DNA from: an uncultured Verrucomicrobiae bacterium
GTDB lineage: Bacteria; Verrucomicrobiota; Verrucomicrobiia; Chthoniobacterales; JAFAMB01
Reading direction: 5' to 3'
DNA: 64,000 bases
Assembly (NCBI GenBank): GCA_963804425.1
Contig: CAWDQF010000003.1
Coordinates: 134,722-198,721 of the forward strand
The notes under the pieces are model-generated. The model made no database searches and was not told the DNA's origin. It saw only the letters and a list, made by a program, of their open reading frames with translations. The position numbers were made by a program, and so were the translations under genes. Each line of letters begins with the position of its first letter. The stretch's first letter is position 1. This document shows positions 29,020 through 38,330 of the stretch, in pieces.

Positions 29020-29646
29020 ATGTCCCTCATTAATTTCGTAAGTGGAGAGGTGGAGTTCAAGATCGTTTACTATGGTTGCGCGCTTGGTGGGAAGACGTCG
29101 TCTCTCGGTTATGTTCACGAGAGAGTCGATGCCCAAGATAGAGGGAATTTAGTGTTGCTGCCGACGCAGAACGATCGCACGCTATTCTTCGATTTCTTGC
29201 CGGTAGATGGTGGCACCGTCAAAGGGTTCAAAGTAAGATTCAAACTTTGGACCGTTCCCGGACAGGTGATGTACAACGCTACCCGGCAGCTTGTGCTTCG
29301 AGGTGTGGATGGAGTCGTTTTCGTGGTCGACTCCCAGTGGGACCGGATGGAGGCGAATGTTGAAAGCCTGAGGAACCTCGAAGAAAACCTCGCGGCGATG
29401 GAGTTGAGCCTAGAAAAGGTGAGCTTCGCCTTCTTCTATAATAAGTGCGACTTACCGGAGGAAAGCATAGCTCCAGTCGAGGCGATCGATCTGCTCCTCC
29501 GGCGCAGAATCGAGAAGGTCAAGCGGTTTGCCGGAGATTGTATCAGTGGGAAGCACGTCTTCAACGTGTTAAACCAGGTAACCCAGAATGTCCTAGGTGA
29601 ATTCTTGGTGAAGGATGATCTGGAGAATTATGAGGCCTACCGTTAA
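29020..29646 (+). CDS. mglA: MglA-like Ras-superfamily small GTPase
   Basis: Near-colinear with my recollection of Myxococcus MglA: INF..GE...KIVYYG...GGKT, DRTLFFDFLP, LWTVPGQVMY (the TVPGQ switch-2 variant), GVDGVVFVVDSQ..RMEAN.ESL.NL. Confidence 0.9.
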   Translation: MSLINFVSGEVEFKIVYYGCALGGKTSSLGYVHERVDAQDRGNLVLLPTQNDRTLFFDFLPVDGGTVKGFKVRFKLWTVPGQVMYNATRQLVLRGVDGVVFVVDSQWDRMEANVESLRNLEENLAAMELSLEKVSFAFFYNKCDLPEESIAPVEAIDLLLRRRIEKVKRFAGDCISGKHVFNVLNQVTQNVLGEFLVKDDLENYEAYR

Positions 29647-30025
29647 TGCTAAAAAACAGCGCTCTGTTCGACCGCCGGCAAATGCCGGTTTTTCTTTGGT
29701 TGAGATCCTGGTGGTATTGGCGATTGTCGCGATCGCTGCAGGCTTCATCGCCATCTCTATTTTGAGCGCACTGAAGCAACAGAATAGTCGGATGTGCCTG
29801 ACGAACATGCTCACAATTGAGGCTGCTAAAGATGAATATGCGCGAGATCATCCCGGCTCAACTTCAATAGCGAGCGTAGCGGAATTCGCGCCTTACTTTC
29901 GCTTTGGCATCCCTCGTTGCCCGGACAACCAGGCAAATAATTACAATAACCTGTTGGATCTAAGGAGCCTGGTTAGTTGCTCCATCCATCCGGAGAATTC
30001 CACGAAATTGAGCGCCGGAAAGTGA
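29630..30025 (+). CDS. prepilin-type N-terminal cleavage/methylation domain protein (pseudopilin-like)
   Basis: G|FSLVEILVVLAIVAIAAG is the class III signal and hydrophobic helix. The start overlaps the mglA end by 17 nt. Confidence 0.8.
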   Translation: MRPTVNAKKQRSVRPPANAGFSLVEILVVLAIVAIAAGFIAISILSALKQQNSRMCLTNMLTIEAAKDEYARDHPGSTSIASVAEFAPYFRFGIPRCPDNQANNYNNLLDLRSLVSCSIHPENSTKLSAGK

Positions 30026-31077
30026 AGAACGCAGGCACGGCCGTTCAGCAGCGTTGGAAGACCATCGTCGATTTCGTGAGTACGCACGAAGTCAGTGATG
30101 TTTCGCTTTTCCGGGGCAATGTCTCGGCTCGGCTAGAAGGGCAAATCGTGCCGTTAGCAGAGCCTGGTGCGCTGTTAGAGCAGGAGGTCCAATTCATGAT
30201 CGGTGAATTGGTGAGGGACCGACCTCGTCTGCATGAACAGCTGTCGGCGAGCCAAAAATCAATCGATTTCACAGCGGTGTGCCACGGTAAACGATTTCGA
30301 GTTAACATTGCTCTCGCTCAAGGAGGGCTTTTCGCATCGTTGCGTCCGCTTCCCGACGCGCCACCAGTGCCCGACGACGTGGGTCTTACCGGTCAAATCA
30401 CAAAGTTCGTAACCTCACTAAGTGAAGGACTAATCCTGATTTCTGGCCCGACTGGTTCCGGCAAAACTACCACCATTGCTTGTTTAATCGAAGCAATTAA
30501 TCAAACGCGTCAATCCAAGATTGTGACCATAGAAGATCCGATCGAATTTCTTTTTTCAGGCAAACAATCAGAAATCATCCAACGCGAGGTTGGAGCCGAC
30601 GTCGAATCGTATTCGACTGGGCTGCGCGAGGCTCTGCGACAAAACCCGGACGTGATAGTCGTCGGTGAAATTCGCGACGCTGAAACTGCGATGGTTGCGC
30701 TTCAAGCAGCCGAGACCGGGCATTTGGTTATTGGATCACTGCATGCGAGAAGCGTGGTGGAAACGGTCACACGCTTTGTGTTGTTGGCTCCTGAGAAAAG
30801 TTCGGCGGAAGTGAGGCACGTTTTCGGGACAAGCATGCGCCTGCTGGCAAATCAGCGACTCCTGCGCAAAAGGCACGGAGGGCGAGTTGCGATACGAGAA
30901 ATTTGCGTTCACGCGCCCAAGGTCGAATCGGTGATTCTGTCCGGCAACGAGCAGGAATTGGACAACTACATGTTAAGTGGTAGGAACTTAGGAATGATCG
31001 ATTTTCAGACGGCACTCCGACAGCTCCAGGCTCAGCTGGAACCATCAGAATTCCAGATAAACTTTAGAGGCCGTTGA
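30022..31077 (+). CDS. pilT: PilT/PilU-family (T2SSE superfamily) hexameric ATPase
   Basis: GPTGSGKTTT Walker A, IVTIEDPIEF, REVG, QNPDVIVVGEIRD (Walker B/Asp box), GHLVIGSLHA (His box). A GTG start at 30022 forms a GTGA overlap with the upstream stop; ATG 29977 is the alternative. Confidence 0.88.
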   Translation: MKNAGTAVQQRWKTIVDFVSTHEVSDVSLFRGNVSARLEGQIVPLAEPGALLEQEVQFMIGELVRDRPRLHEQLSASQKSIDFTAVCHGKRFRVNIALAQGGLFASLRPLPDAPPVPDDVGLTGQITKFVTSLSEGLILISGPTGSGKTTTIACLIEAINQTRQSKIVTIEDPIEFLFSGKQSEIIQREVGADVESYSTGLREALRQNPDVIVVGEIRDAETAMVALQAAETGHLVIGSLHARSVVETVTRFVLLAPEKSSAEVRHVFGTSMRLLANQRLLRKRHGGRVAIREICVHAPKVESVILSGNEQELDNYMLSGRNLGMIDFQTALRQLQAQLEPSEFQINFRGR

Positions 31078-31175
31078 TATGCGGAGAGCAAAACAGTCCG
31101 GCCCATAATAGTGCAGCGGAGGCGCGGCCCAGTCTGAGAACGCTAATACAAACCCGCGCCCAGCGGTGAACCTGC

Positions 31176-33284
31176 CTAACCGCCGCTTCCGCCATAGCTC
31201 CTGAGCGTTTCAAGAAACGCGGGGACATATTTCTCGGCTTTGAACTCTCCGACGCCACGGATACGGCGGGCGGCCTCGACGGATTGGGGCCGGATCCGAG
31301 CGAAGGCCTTAAGGGTTTCGTCCGGGAAAATGGCGTAGGCGGGAAGATTGCCGTGGACCTGGGCCAGCTCGGAACGTTTCTGGCGGAGCGCCTCGAAGAG
31401 GGCTTGATTGAACGGAGCTTCGACTTGCGGGTCGTTCACTGCGTCGCGCGGGGGTTTGCGCCGAGCCTGCTCAGGCCAGACCAGTTCACAGTTTGCGCGA
31501 CCGTGCATTACCTCGATCCCCAAAACCGTGAGCGTGATGGTGGGATACTGGTCGCCGGTGGATTGAAGCAAACCGCCGAGTTCGAGCTCGCGGAAAAGTT
31601 GGTAAAGAAACTTCGGGGGAAGCTCTTTCAGGAGACCGAAGGTCGACAGAGCGTGGAGGTTGAGCTGGATCAATTCTGGGGTTTGGTTGCCAACCAAGGC
31701 TTGAATGATTCGGCTCCGGCCAAAGCGAGGTAGAAAGCCGTCCCCTTGCCGGATCGACATCCGCGCCACTCCGCTTAACGCCTTGCGAACCGTGGTTAGT
31801 TGGTCGCGACCGAGGGGGCGCACTTCCCGGGTAGGAGTACCGACGCAATGGTCGCAGGCGCCGCACTTGGAGGTATCCGAATCACCAAAGTAGCGTAGCA
31901 TGACCTGTTGGCGGCAATCCCGAGAGAAGGCGTAATCGATGACCGCCTTCAGTTTCGCGCGATCCCGTCGTTCCTTTTCTTGGAGGTACTGGCGGTCAAT
32001 CGGGAGCTGGTGCGGTCGCAGACCGCGTCGCCGCACCCGGATGACCCGACTGCGGCCGGCGAGGTCGTCTCGATCGAGAATCCCGGCGCGATCGAGCACG
32101 GTGAGCGCTGCCTGCACCGACATCGCGTTGTTCTCGGCATCGAGGCGCGCAGCCAGATCGGACACCGAGGCGAAGACCTCGCCGGATTCATTCGCGAGTT
32201 GGCCCAACAGGAGGTAGAGCCTCGTGATCAGTTCCGACCCCGGGTTGTTACCCGCAATAAAGAATTCATGAATGCGAGTGTCGGCATAGTTGAACAGAAG
32301 TTCGCAGATGGCCGGTTCGCCGTCGCGACCCGCGCGACCAGCTTCCTGGTAATAGGCTTCGAGTGATCCCGGAATTTCGAAGTGCGCCACGAACCGAAGA
32401 TCCGGGCGATCGATCCCCATACCGAAAGCGTTAGTCGCAACGACCACGTCGCACTGATCTTGGGTGAAACGGTTTTGGGCTGCTTCCCGGGCAGCATCAT
32501 CGATCCCACCATGGTAGCGTACCACTCGGACTTTGAGGCTTTCGAGATGGTCGGCGACCTGGTCGACGCGTTTGCGCGTGGCGCAATAGACAATGCCCGT
32601 GCGTTGCTGCTCGACCAGCTCGCGTAAACGTTGGTACTTCGCTGCTTCGCTCGCGGTGTCGGTCACTATGAATCGGAGGTTCGGGCGACCGAATCCGGCC
32701 ACAAAAATCTTCGGATCGGCTAACCCCAGGCAATGGACAATATCGGCGCGTACCTCCGGGGTAGCCGTGGCGGTAAACGCGCCGACCCGGGGCCGGCCGA
32801 GCTGGTCTAGCACCGAGCCGAGCCGATAATAGTCCGGCCGGAAGTCGTGACCCCACTGGGAAACGCAATGGGCTTCGTCTACGGCGAAGAGCGAGATGGA
32901 AACCTCGCCCAAAGCTTGTACAAATGTGCCGCTCCGGAATCGTTCGGGTGCAATGTAAATTAGCCGGAATTCGCCGGCCTTGAGGGCGCGGATCCGTTGC
33001 TTTTGGTCGGCCAATCTCAAGGTGCTGTTGATGAAAGTGGCCGGGATGTCGCGCGCTAGAAGTCCGTCCACCTGATCTTTCATCAGCGCGATCAACGGAG
33101 AGACCACGACCGTGACTCCTTCCAGCAACAGAGCAGGCAACTGATAACAGAGCGATTTACCGCCTCCGGTTGGCATCAAGACGAAGACGTCATCCCCGGC
33201 CATGATTCGGGCAATGATCTCCGCCTGCGGTTCCCGGAACTCTGTGAAGCCGAAGTATTGCTCGAGGGCGGTTTGCGGGAGCAT
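31176..33284 (-). CDS. recQ: ATP-dependent DNA helicase RecQ
   Basis: [33 protein letters not shown], the zinc-binding Cys cluster (CxxCDxC), and a C-terminal HRDC-like region. Start moved to [12 protein letters not shown]. Confidence 0.93.
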   Translation of the reverse strand: MLPQTALEQYFGFTEFREPQAEIIARIMAGDDVFVLMPTGGGKSLCYQLPALLLEGVTVVVSPLIALMKDQVDGLLARDIPATFINSTLRLADQKQRIRALKAGEFRLIYIAPERFRSGTFVQALGEVSISLFAVDEAHCVSQWGHDFRPDYYRLGSVLDQLGRPRVGAFTATATPEVRADIVHCLGLADPKIFVAGFGRPNLRFIVTDTASEAAKYQRLRELVEQQRTGIVYCATRKRVDQVADHLESLKVRVVRYHGGIDDAAREAAQNRFTQDQCDVVVATNAFGMGIDRPDLRFVAHFEIPGSLEAYYQEAGRAGRDGEPAICELLFNYADTRIHEFFIAGNNPGSELITRLYLLLGQLANESGEVFASVSDLAARLDAENNAMSVQAALTVLDRAGILDRDDLAGRSRVIRVRRRGLRPHQLPIDRQYLQEKERRDRAKLKAVIDYAFSRDCRQQVMLRYFGDSDTSKCGACDHCVGTPTREVRPLGRDQLTTVRKALSGVARMSIRQGDGFLPRFGRSRIIQALVGNQTPELIQLNLHALSTFGLLKELPPKFLYQLFRELELGGLLQSTGDQYPTITLTVLGIEVMHGRANCELVWPEQARRKPPRDAVNDPQVEAPFNQALFEALRQKRSELAQVHGNLPAYAIFPDETLKAFARIRPQSVEAARRIRGVGEFKAEKYVPAFLETLRSYGGSGG

Positions 33285-33632
33285 GCGAGTTATGTTCCAC
33301 GTTCCATGTTTAACGGAATAGGAACAGGATATATTTGTATCATACGGAAAAGAAGTTTGGAAATTGGTTAAAGGACCTAGAAGTAGGGGACGCCGCGAAT
33401 TCTTCAACTTGCGTCGGTTCTCGCCGCCGCAAAACTCGGCAAGGTTAGCCTAGCCGATGCCAGCCACCCTGATCGGCCTGTCTGAAAATGTGAATTTCAA
33501 GTTTCGAGTCAACTACATGAATTGGAAGACTACAGATTAAGCGACAGGCGCCTGGGAAACCGATTTTCAAACGCGCCGCCAGATTGAGGGTCAACTGGAG
33601 CCTTCCGAGTTCGAAACAAACTATAGGGCTCG

Positions 33633-35489
33633 CTAAAACCAGCGACGCCAGAATGGGTACCAAGATGGCGTGTTGCCTTCCGCGTCGATCGGGTGAATTC
33701 GCCTTTTCCGGTATCCCTTTTCGCAATGCTTTACGATCGCTGTGAATTTTGGAAGTGACATCAATTCGAACGGCTTAATCAGATACTCTTCTTCTTGGGT
33801 GCGGGTTGTGCTGTGATTTCCCCGACCTCGAGTGTAGGACCGCTTCCAATGCATTCGTTTTCCGACAAAGTCGGCAGAGCTTTCCGCGCAGCTTCGGTCA
33901 GCTGCTTTAAAAATAATACGGTTTCGTAAGTTAAGAATAGTGACTTCCGCTTTTTCTTTTGAACCGAGAGCCGGCAAAAAAGAGAGTTTCGATTGAGCCG
34001 CGAGAACCGTCGTTGTCCGCGCTTGGCGAATGACGTCGACATTGCCATCCGATTCGGTGATGAACCGTTGGGCTTCATCTTGCCAACAAATCAGAAGGTT
34101 GTCGTCCTCCAGTTTTCGATTTCCGGACGGTCTTGGATCGAACCGGCGCAGAGCGTGAGTGTAAAAGAGCAATTTTAGAATCGTGGTGATATAGCGGCGC
34201 TCGGTTTGATATTTTTGCGGTAACGAGATGCAAATGATGGCGCCTTCATCCAAGGCGGCAAAATCGAAGCTATTTTCCTCGGCACCGAACACTTCGCTGA
34301 TATCTGGATTCGTGAAGTAGTTGAGATAATTGTAAATCGTTGAGATGACGCCCCCGAGTTGTTCCGCAGGTTGGTGCAAAAATCCGTTCAAGAAATGGTC
34401 GTGACATTCCCGGGCGTCCAGATTGCCTTCGTTTTTCAAGGGTTCGAGTTGCTGCAACATTGCCCTGAGCACCGGTTGGTACTGGAGCATTTCCAGAAGG
34501 TGGTGCATTGTCGGTACCAGTCCAAGCAACCGAAAGAATTGTATCCCTCGTCCGATATTCACATGTGCTTGCGTTTTGAAGAAACCTTTATCTTCGCTGC
34601 CAGACGCCAAAGATGAAGCGGTATCAACAATAACGGTGGCATAGGTGGACCATGGGATTGTTTCGTCAGAAAGAAGGTTAAACCGTGTCGGCGGCGTCCA
34701 GTCGTCGTTGGCCTGATCCGGCCTTGTTTGCAGGAGCAACACGTCCTGTTCGCGTCCATATCGCTTGGCCATCCTCACGAGTGTCTCGTGGTAAATGCCC
34801 TTTTCGTCACAGCAGAGACCCCCCCAGTCTGGCTCGTTCTGAAAGACGCTGTGGAGCAACACATTGATCGCGAAGGTTTTTCCAGCGCCGGTGTCGCCTG
34901 TTATCAGCCAACCGCGACAGAAATCGTTTCGGTCCCAATGAAAGCCAGCTAGCGACGCTGACGTCTGAGACTGGCGGTTCCCGGGAGCAAGGTAAAAGGC
35001 CGAGGGCAAGCTAATCAATATCGGGAGAACACTGATCCAGCCAATGATTGGGTAGAGGAACCAACTAGAAAGTAGTAGCAGACTAGTCAACAACACGACA
35101 ATGGGTGAGAACAGGAAATCAAATCGTTGTCTCTGACGTCCCGTGCAGATCCAGCGCCGTGCTCTGGCAACAGCCTCAGAAAGCGAGACGTCGCTCACCT
35201 CATAACGGCGTACATAACAGAGAGCTCCCTGGGAGCAGATCTGCAGGAGGAACCGGGGAACCGCGACGGTTCCTGTGTTCGAACTCTGAATAAGCGGGAA
35301 CAAGGATTTTGCACGAATCTGAAAGCCTGACCGCTGATCGATCTCTACGAAACCGCGACCGCGCGAGTAGGTTGGGAGCCGCAGCACGGTCCCGTCCGGG
35401 CGGCGGTAAGAAAGCGAGTCCGTAAGATCTGGGCCGTCGATCCGACAGAAGTGCTCGAAAGAATGATCCGCAGTTTTCGCGCTCTCCAT
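33633..35489 (-). CDS. VirD4/TraG/TraD-type type IV coupling protein (T4CP)
   Basis: Two TM helices, then Walker A GDTGAGKT and Walker B LICWQDEAQ. The size and all-alpha insertion are typical of T4CPs. It has an unusual ~120-aa N-terminal extension. Confidence 0.85.
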   Translation of the reverse strand: MESAKTADHSFEHFCRIDGPDLTDSLSYRRPDGTVLRLPTYSRGRGFVEIDQRSGFQIRAKSLFPLIQSSNTGTVAVPRFLLQICSQGALCYVRRYEVSDVSLSEAVARARRWICTGRQRQRFDFLFSPIVVLLTSLLLLSSWFLYPIIGWISVLPILISLPSAFYLAPGNRQSQTSASLAGFHWDRNDFCRGWLITGDTGAGKTFAINVLLHSVFQNEPDWGGLCCDEKGIYHETLVRMAKRYGREQDVLLLQTRPDQANDDWTPPTRFNLLSDETIPWSTYATVIVDTASSLASGSEDKGFFKTQAHVNIGRGIQFFRLLGLVPTMHHLLEMLQYQPVLRAMLQQLEPLKNEGNLDARECHDHFLNGFLHQPAEQLGGVISTIYNYLNYFTNPDISEVFGAEENSFDFAALDEGAIICISLPQKYQTERRYITTILKLLFYTHALRRFDPRPSGNRKLEDDNLLICWQDEAQRFITESDGNVDVIRQARTTTVLAAQSKLSFLPALGSKEKAEVTILNLRNRIIFKAADRSCAESSADFVGKRMHWKRSYTRGRGNHSTTRTQEEEYLIKPFELMSLPKFTAIVKHCEKGYRKRRIHPIDAEGNTPSWYPFWRRWF

Positions 35490-35737
35490 GTGAGGAGATT
35501 AATTAATGTGATCATAAATAACAAGTAATAAAACCGTTGTATTAGTAGGCGATTCGCCTATCCAATGCACCGTCGATCGCCGGTGCAAGGCATCGGAGTG
35601 TTGCCCAAAAGTGCAGAGGGTTTCGCCATACCATATCGATGCGGCCAAATTAATGTAAAATGCGGGATTGCTGAACGGAGGAACCCAAACCGCGCTGGCA
35701 ATGATGACGCCTCTTGGGAGCGGCGCGAGAGCCGCTT

Positions 35738-36175
35738 TTATTTGCCCCAGCGGTTTAAGACAGCGTTGGTAACGGCCTCGCGAACGGCATCGTGTCGCAT
35801 TGCCCACTGGAAATGATAAATCGGATTCTCGTACTGCTCGGCAAATTCTCGCTTCATCGCTTCCGAGATCCGATTCGAATCGATTAGTCCACGCATCCGC
35901 GAAACCACATCCTCGACAATCTCCAAGCAATATAAGATCAACATCTTTGCCGCGCGTTGTGAAATATCATCCAATTCTTCCGTACATACCAAAAAGAAGT
36001 TTTCCCAGGTGACTTTGCTTACGCCCTTGAGCCACTGCTCTTTTCCTTCATAAAACACCCCTTGTTTTCTGTAGTTTTCCAGAAAATCGTCCAAACTGAG
36101 CGGTTGGCCATTGGCCGAGAACGACCATTTTTGAGTTTCGGCCGAAATTTGACGAGTTTCCTTAGTGGCAGCCAT
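35738..36175 (-). CDS. hypothetical protein, paralog of 37052-37627
   Basis: Shares ..(T/W)(P)ENFF.. and the C-terminal RH..VR.AV.NA(V/L)(L/M)NRWG(A)K with the 191-aa protein on the other side of rep. Confidence 0.6.
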   Translation of the reverse strand: MAATKETRQISAETQKWSFSANGQPLSLDDFLENYRKQGVFYEGKEQWLKGVSKVTWENFFLVCTEELDDISQRAAKMLILYCLEIVEDVVSRMRGLIDSNRISEAMKREFAEQYENPIYHFQWAMRHDAVREAVTNAVLNRWGK

Positions 36176-36245
36176 TTTTATTGCTTCTTTTATGGAACAA
36201 TTCGGTTAAAAAGGTCTTGTAACACCCTATCCCAGAGAAAGTAAA

Positions 36246-36980
36246 GTGCGTAAGTATAACAAAGTTTTTGGAACGTTACCACTAGCAGATCAGGACGATC
36301 AGCTCGGTTTCGGTGACGATTTGATCGAGGCCTATTACAAGCTGACTAAGAACGAGCGCAGCATCGTGATGTCGATCGTCGATCGATTGAAACCGGGAGT
36401 CACCGCCTTTGAGTTTGATGATTTCGCTCTCCAGCCCGCCGCGCTGAAACTGCTTACCTACCACCGGTTGGTCCTCCACAATGGGGACAAGCAGAATTCG
36501 GTGCTGTACGCGCGTTGGCTGAGCGCTATCACCATAGTCGAGAAAAAGATGATTCTGCACATCGATCCCGGGTTGCATCGTCATCTCGAACGCTTGAAGG
36601 ACCATCAGAGAGAAGACGCCGAGCGATCTTCTGTGAAACTGGCTAGCCAGTACTCGATTCGCCTGTACGAATGGGCCTGGAGATGGCGCAATGTTGGGTT
36701 AAAGCGGATCTCCATCCCGAAAATTCGCAAGGTGTTGGGCGTCGATGAGGTGCGCGATGCTCAAGGGAATATTGTCAGCGAGAAATGTTTGGTTCACTGG
36801 CCTAATCTCAAACAACGGGCCATCGACCGGGCCTTGCATGAAATTAACGAAAAAACCGATCTCGGAATTCGTTTGGTGGCGGTCGGGCAAGCCAAGTACC
36901 GAAGGGTTCTTTCGCTGGCATTTGAGATCAAGGAGAAAAAGAAACGCACCCGAGGTAACGGAGCGGCTCTGGCCAAGTAA
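36246..36980 (+). CDS. Rep_3/RepB-like winged-helix plasmid replication initiator
   Basis: YSIRLYEWAWRW...ISIPKIRKVLGV...WPNLKQRAIDRALHEINEKTDLGIRLVAVGQAKYRRVLSLAFEI follows the Rep_3 pattern (YaiRLYELl...l.eLr..LGv...y..f..fk.rVl.pA..EIne.tdl.v.y...K.gRkv..l.F.i). GTG start. Confidence 0.7.
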   Translation: MRKYNKVFGTLPLADQDDQLGFGDDLIEAYYKLTKNERSIVMSIVDRLKPGVTAFEFDDFALQPAALKLLTYHRLVLHNGDKQNSVLYARWLSAITIVEKKMILHIDPGLHRHLERLKDHQREDAERSSVKLASQYSIRLYEWAWRWRNVGLKRISIPKIRKVLGVDEVRDAQGNIVSEKCLVHWPNLKQRAIDRALHEINEKTDLGIRLVAVGQAKYRRVLSLAFEIKEKKKRTRGNGAALAK

Positions 36981-37051
36981 AATCGGCAAACTCCTGATTC
37001 TGGCGACGTGAGCCGGAAAGTGCGGGGAAATGCGCTTAAGGAACGCAAAGA

Positions 37052-37627
37052 ATGTACCATGGGCACTCGCCGAAAATGTCAGGCAAGGGCCTGAGCGGCG
37101 ACGAGATTCTCGCGTTGCGAGAGCTGCGGCTCAATTATTCCTACAATTTCGCTGAACCGCCTTACCCTAAAATCCGTTGGGAGCTATTCGAACTAATCAA
37201 TCACGCGCATTTCCCCATGGCTCAGGCGGATGCCTGTGACAAATGGAATTGCCGGGAAATCACGCCCGAAAATTTTTTCCGGATTCTCGATCAGGATCGA
37301 TTGGCAGAACCCGGTTTCTTGAGCGCTTTGACGATCGGCAAACTGGTTTGCTATAGCCTGTTAGTGGCCGAATCGACCAGCGAATCAGTTCACGCTCTCG
37401 CCGAGGGAGTTGAGCTGCGAGCAGACACGTTATTGCAACGGATCCAGCTGAATGCGGATTACTTGAGCTCTGGCATCGAAGAATATTCTCCTTGGCGGCA
37501 ATTCTTTGTCGCCGCGCGCCATCCCGTCGTCCGTTGGGCGGTCAACAATGCTCTCATGAACCGCTGGGGCGCAAAACTGTATCCGGCGCCCGGCGAGGGT
37601 TCGAGTGAAGCGTTTTCTGAACTTTAA
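37052..37627 (+). CDS. hypothetical protein, paralog of 35738-36175
   Basis: See paralog. Its 3' ~160 nt is duplicated in decayed form at 38132-38290. Confidence 0.6.
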   Translation: MYHGHSPKMSGKGLSGDEILALRELRLNYSYNFAEPPYPKIRWELFELINHAHFPMAQADACDKWNCREITPENFFRILDQDRLAEPGFLSALTIGKLVCYSLLVAESTSESVHALAEGVELRADTLLQRIQLNADYLSSGIEEYSPWRQFFVAARHPVVRWAVNNALMNRWGAKLYPAPGEGSSEAFSEL

Positions 37628-37703
37628 TAGGGATTGACTTGGAACTAGTAACAACCCCTCGCTTATAGCTGCTACGCAATTTTACAGATTGCTCCCGCTG
37701 CTG

Positions 37704-38051
37704 TTAGAAAATCTCTGGTTTTTCTGACGCCGTCTCCGTCGAAATACGGATGGAGATCTGCTTTCCTTCGCGGACGAGCGCGACGCGAAAATTGGAAAGT
37801 TCGTCGATCAACTGGCGTCGCCCTAAAAAATCCTGGCCAAGCTCCAATTCGACATCGGCGAATGTGTAACGCAGGGTAATTAACCGCTCACCGTAGGTAT
37901 CGATGCATTGAAGATAGGCATACGGGATGCTCTTCGTACGCGGAGGCGATGCCAGTTGAAATGTGCAAGCGGTTCCCGGACTGTTTCCGGCGTGTAGCAC
38001 ATATGATTGATCCTCCTGGCGAGGGATAGTTATAGCTCTCGAGGCAGACAT
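37704..38051 (-). CDS. unknown conserved protein X, copy 1
   Basis: 115 aa from MSASRAITIP. Colinear with copy 2 (HAGNSPGTACTFQL..PPRTK.IPYAYLQCIDTYGERL..LRY.FADVEL.LG.DFLG.RQLI.ELSNFRVAL.REG). Confidence 0.65.
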   Translation of the reverse strand: MSASRAITIPRQEDQSYVLHAGNSPGTACTFQLASPPRTKSIPYAYLQCIDTYGERLITLRYTFADVELELGQDFLGRRQLIDELSNFRVALVREGKQISIRISTETASEKPEIF

Positions 38052-38076
38052 GTACACGTCGTTCCTGTGCTGCGGA

Positions 38077-38290
38077 TTCAACTATTGCGTGCCTTTTTTG
38101 AAAAATACCGAAGGCGGCGTCAATCCAATTGAGCTCTGGCATCGAAGATTACTCCTTTGGCGGCAAAATTCTGCCACTACGCGAGGATCCCTCGGTGGGC
38201 GGTCACGGGAACCCCCCGGGCGCAAACTGTATCCGGTGCCCACAGGGTAGCTCGATTAAAGCGTTTTCCGAGCTGCGATAGGCCCGACTA
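38077..38290. pseudogene. duplication debris: a folC 3'-end fragment (38077-38129, minus sense) joined to a decayed 3' fragment of the 191-aa gene (38132-38290, plus sense)
   Basis: 38077-38129 aligns with 38736-38786 (folC stop region). 38132-38290 aligns with 37465-37630 but carries indels and frame breaks. Confidence 0.7.
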
Positions 38291-38330
38291 GGGGCGAGTA
38301 CAAACCCGTTGCCTGTAGTTGCTACGGATT

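Noticed and set aside
31284-32868. Numerous 80-150-aa ORFs on both strands within recQ
   Set aside because: They are shadow ORFs inside a gene with complete RecQ helicase motifs.
33445-33726. 93-aa ORF overlapping the T4CP 3' end
   Set aside because: It has no motifs, overlaps a supported gene and has an unconvincing composition.
35719-35736. Hairpin AGCGGC-6 nt-GCCGCT next to the stop of the 145-aa gene as a terminator
   Set aside because: The T-run lies on the wrong strand for the minus-strand gene it follows. I do not call it a terminator.
35499-35930. 143-aa ORF spanning the gap between the T4CP and the 145-aa gene
   Set aside because: It overlaps the 145-aa paralog in another frame, and only that gene has a paralog supporting its frame. 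The ~250-nt gap is more likely regulatory or oriT-like.
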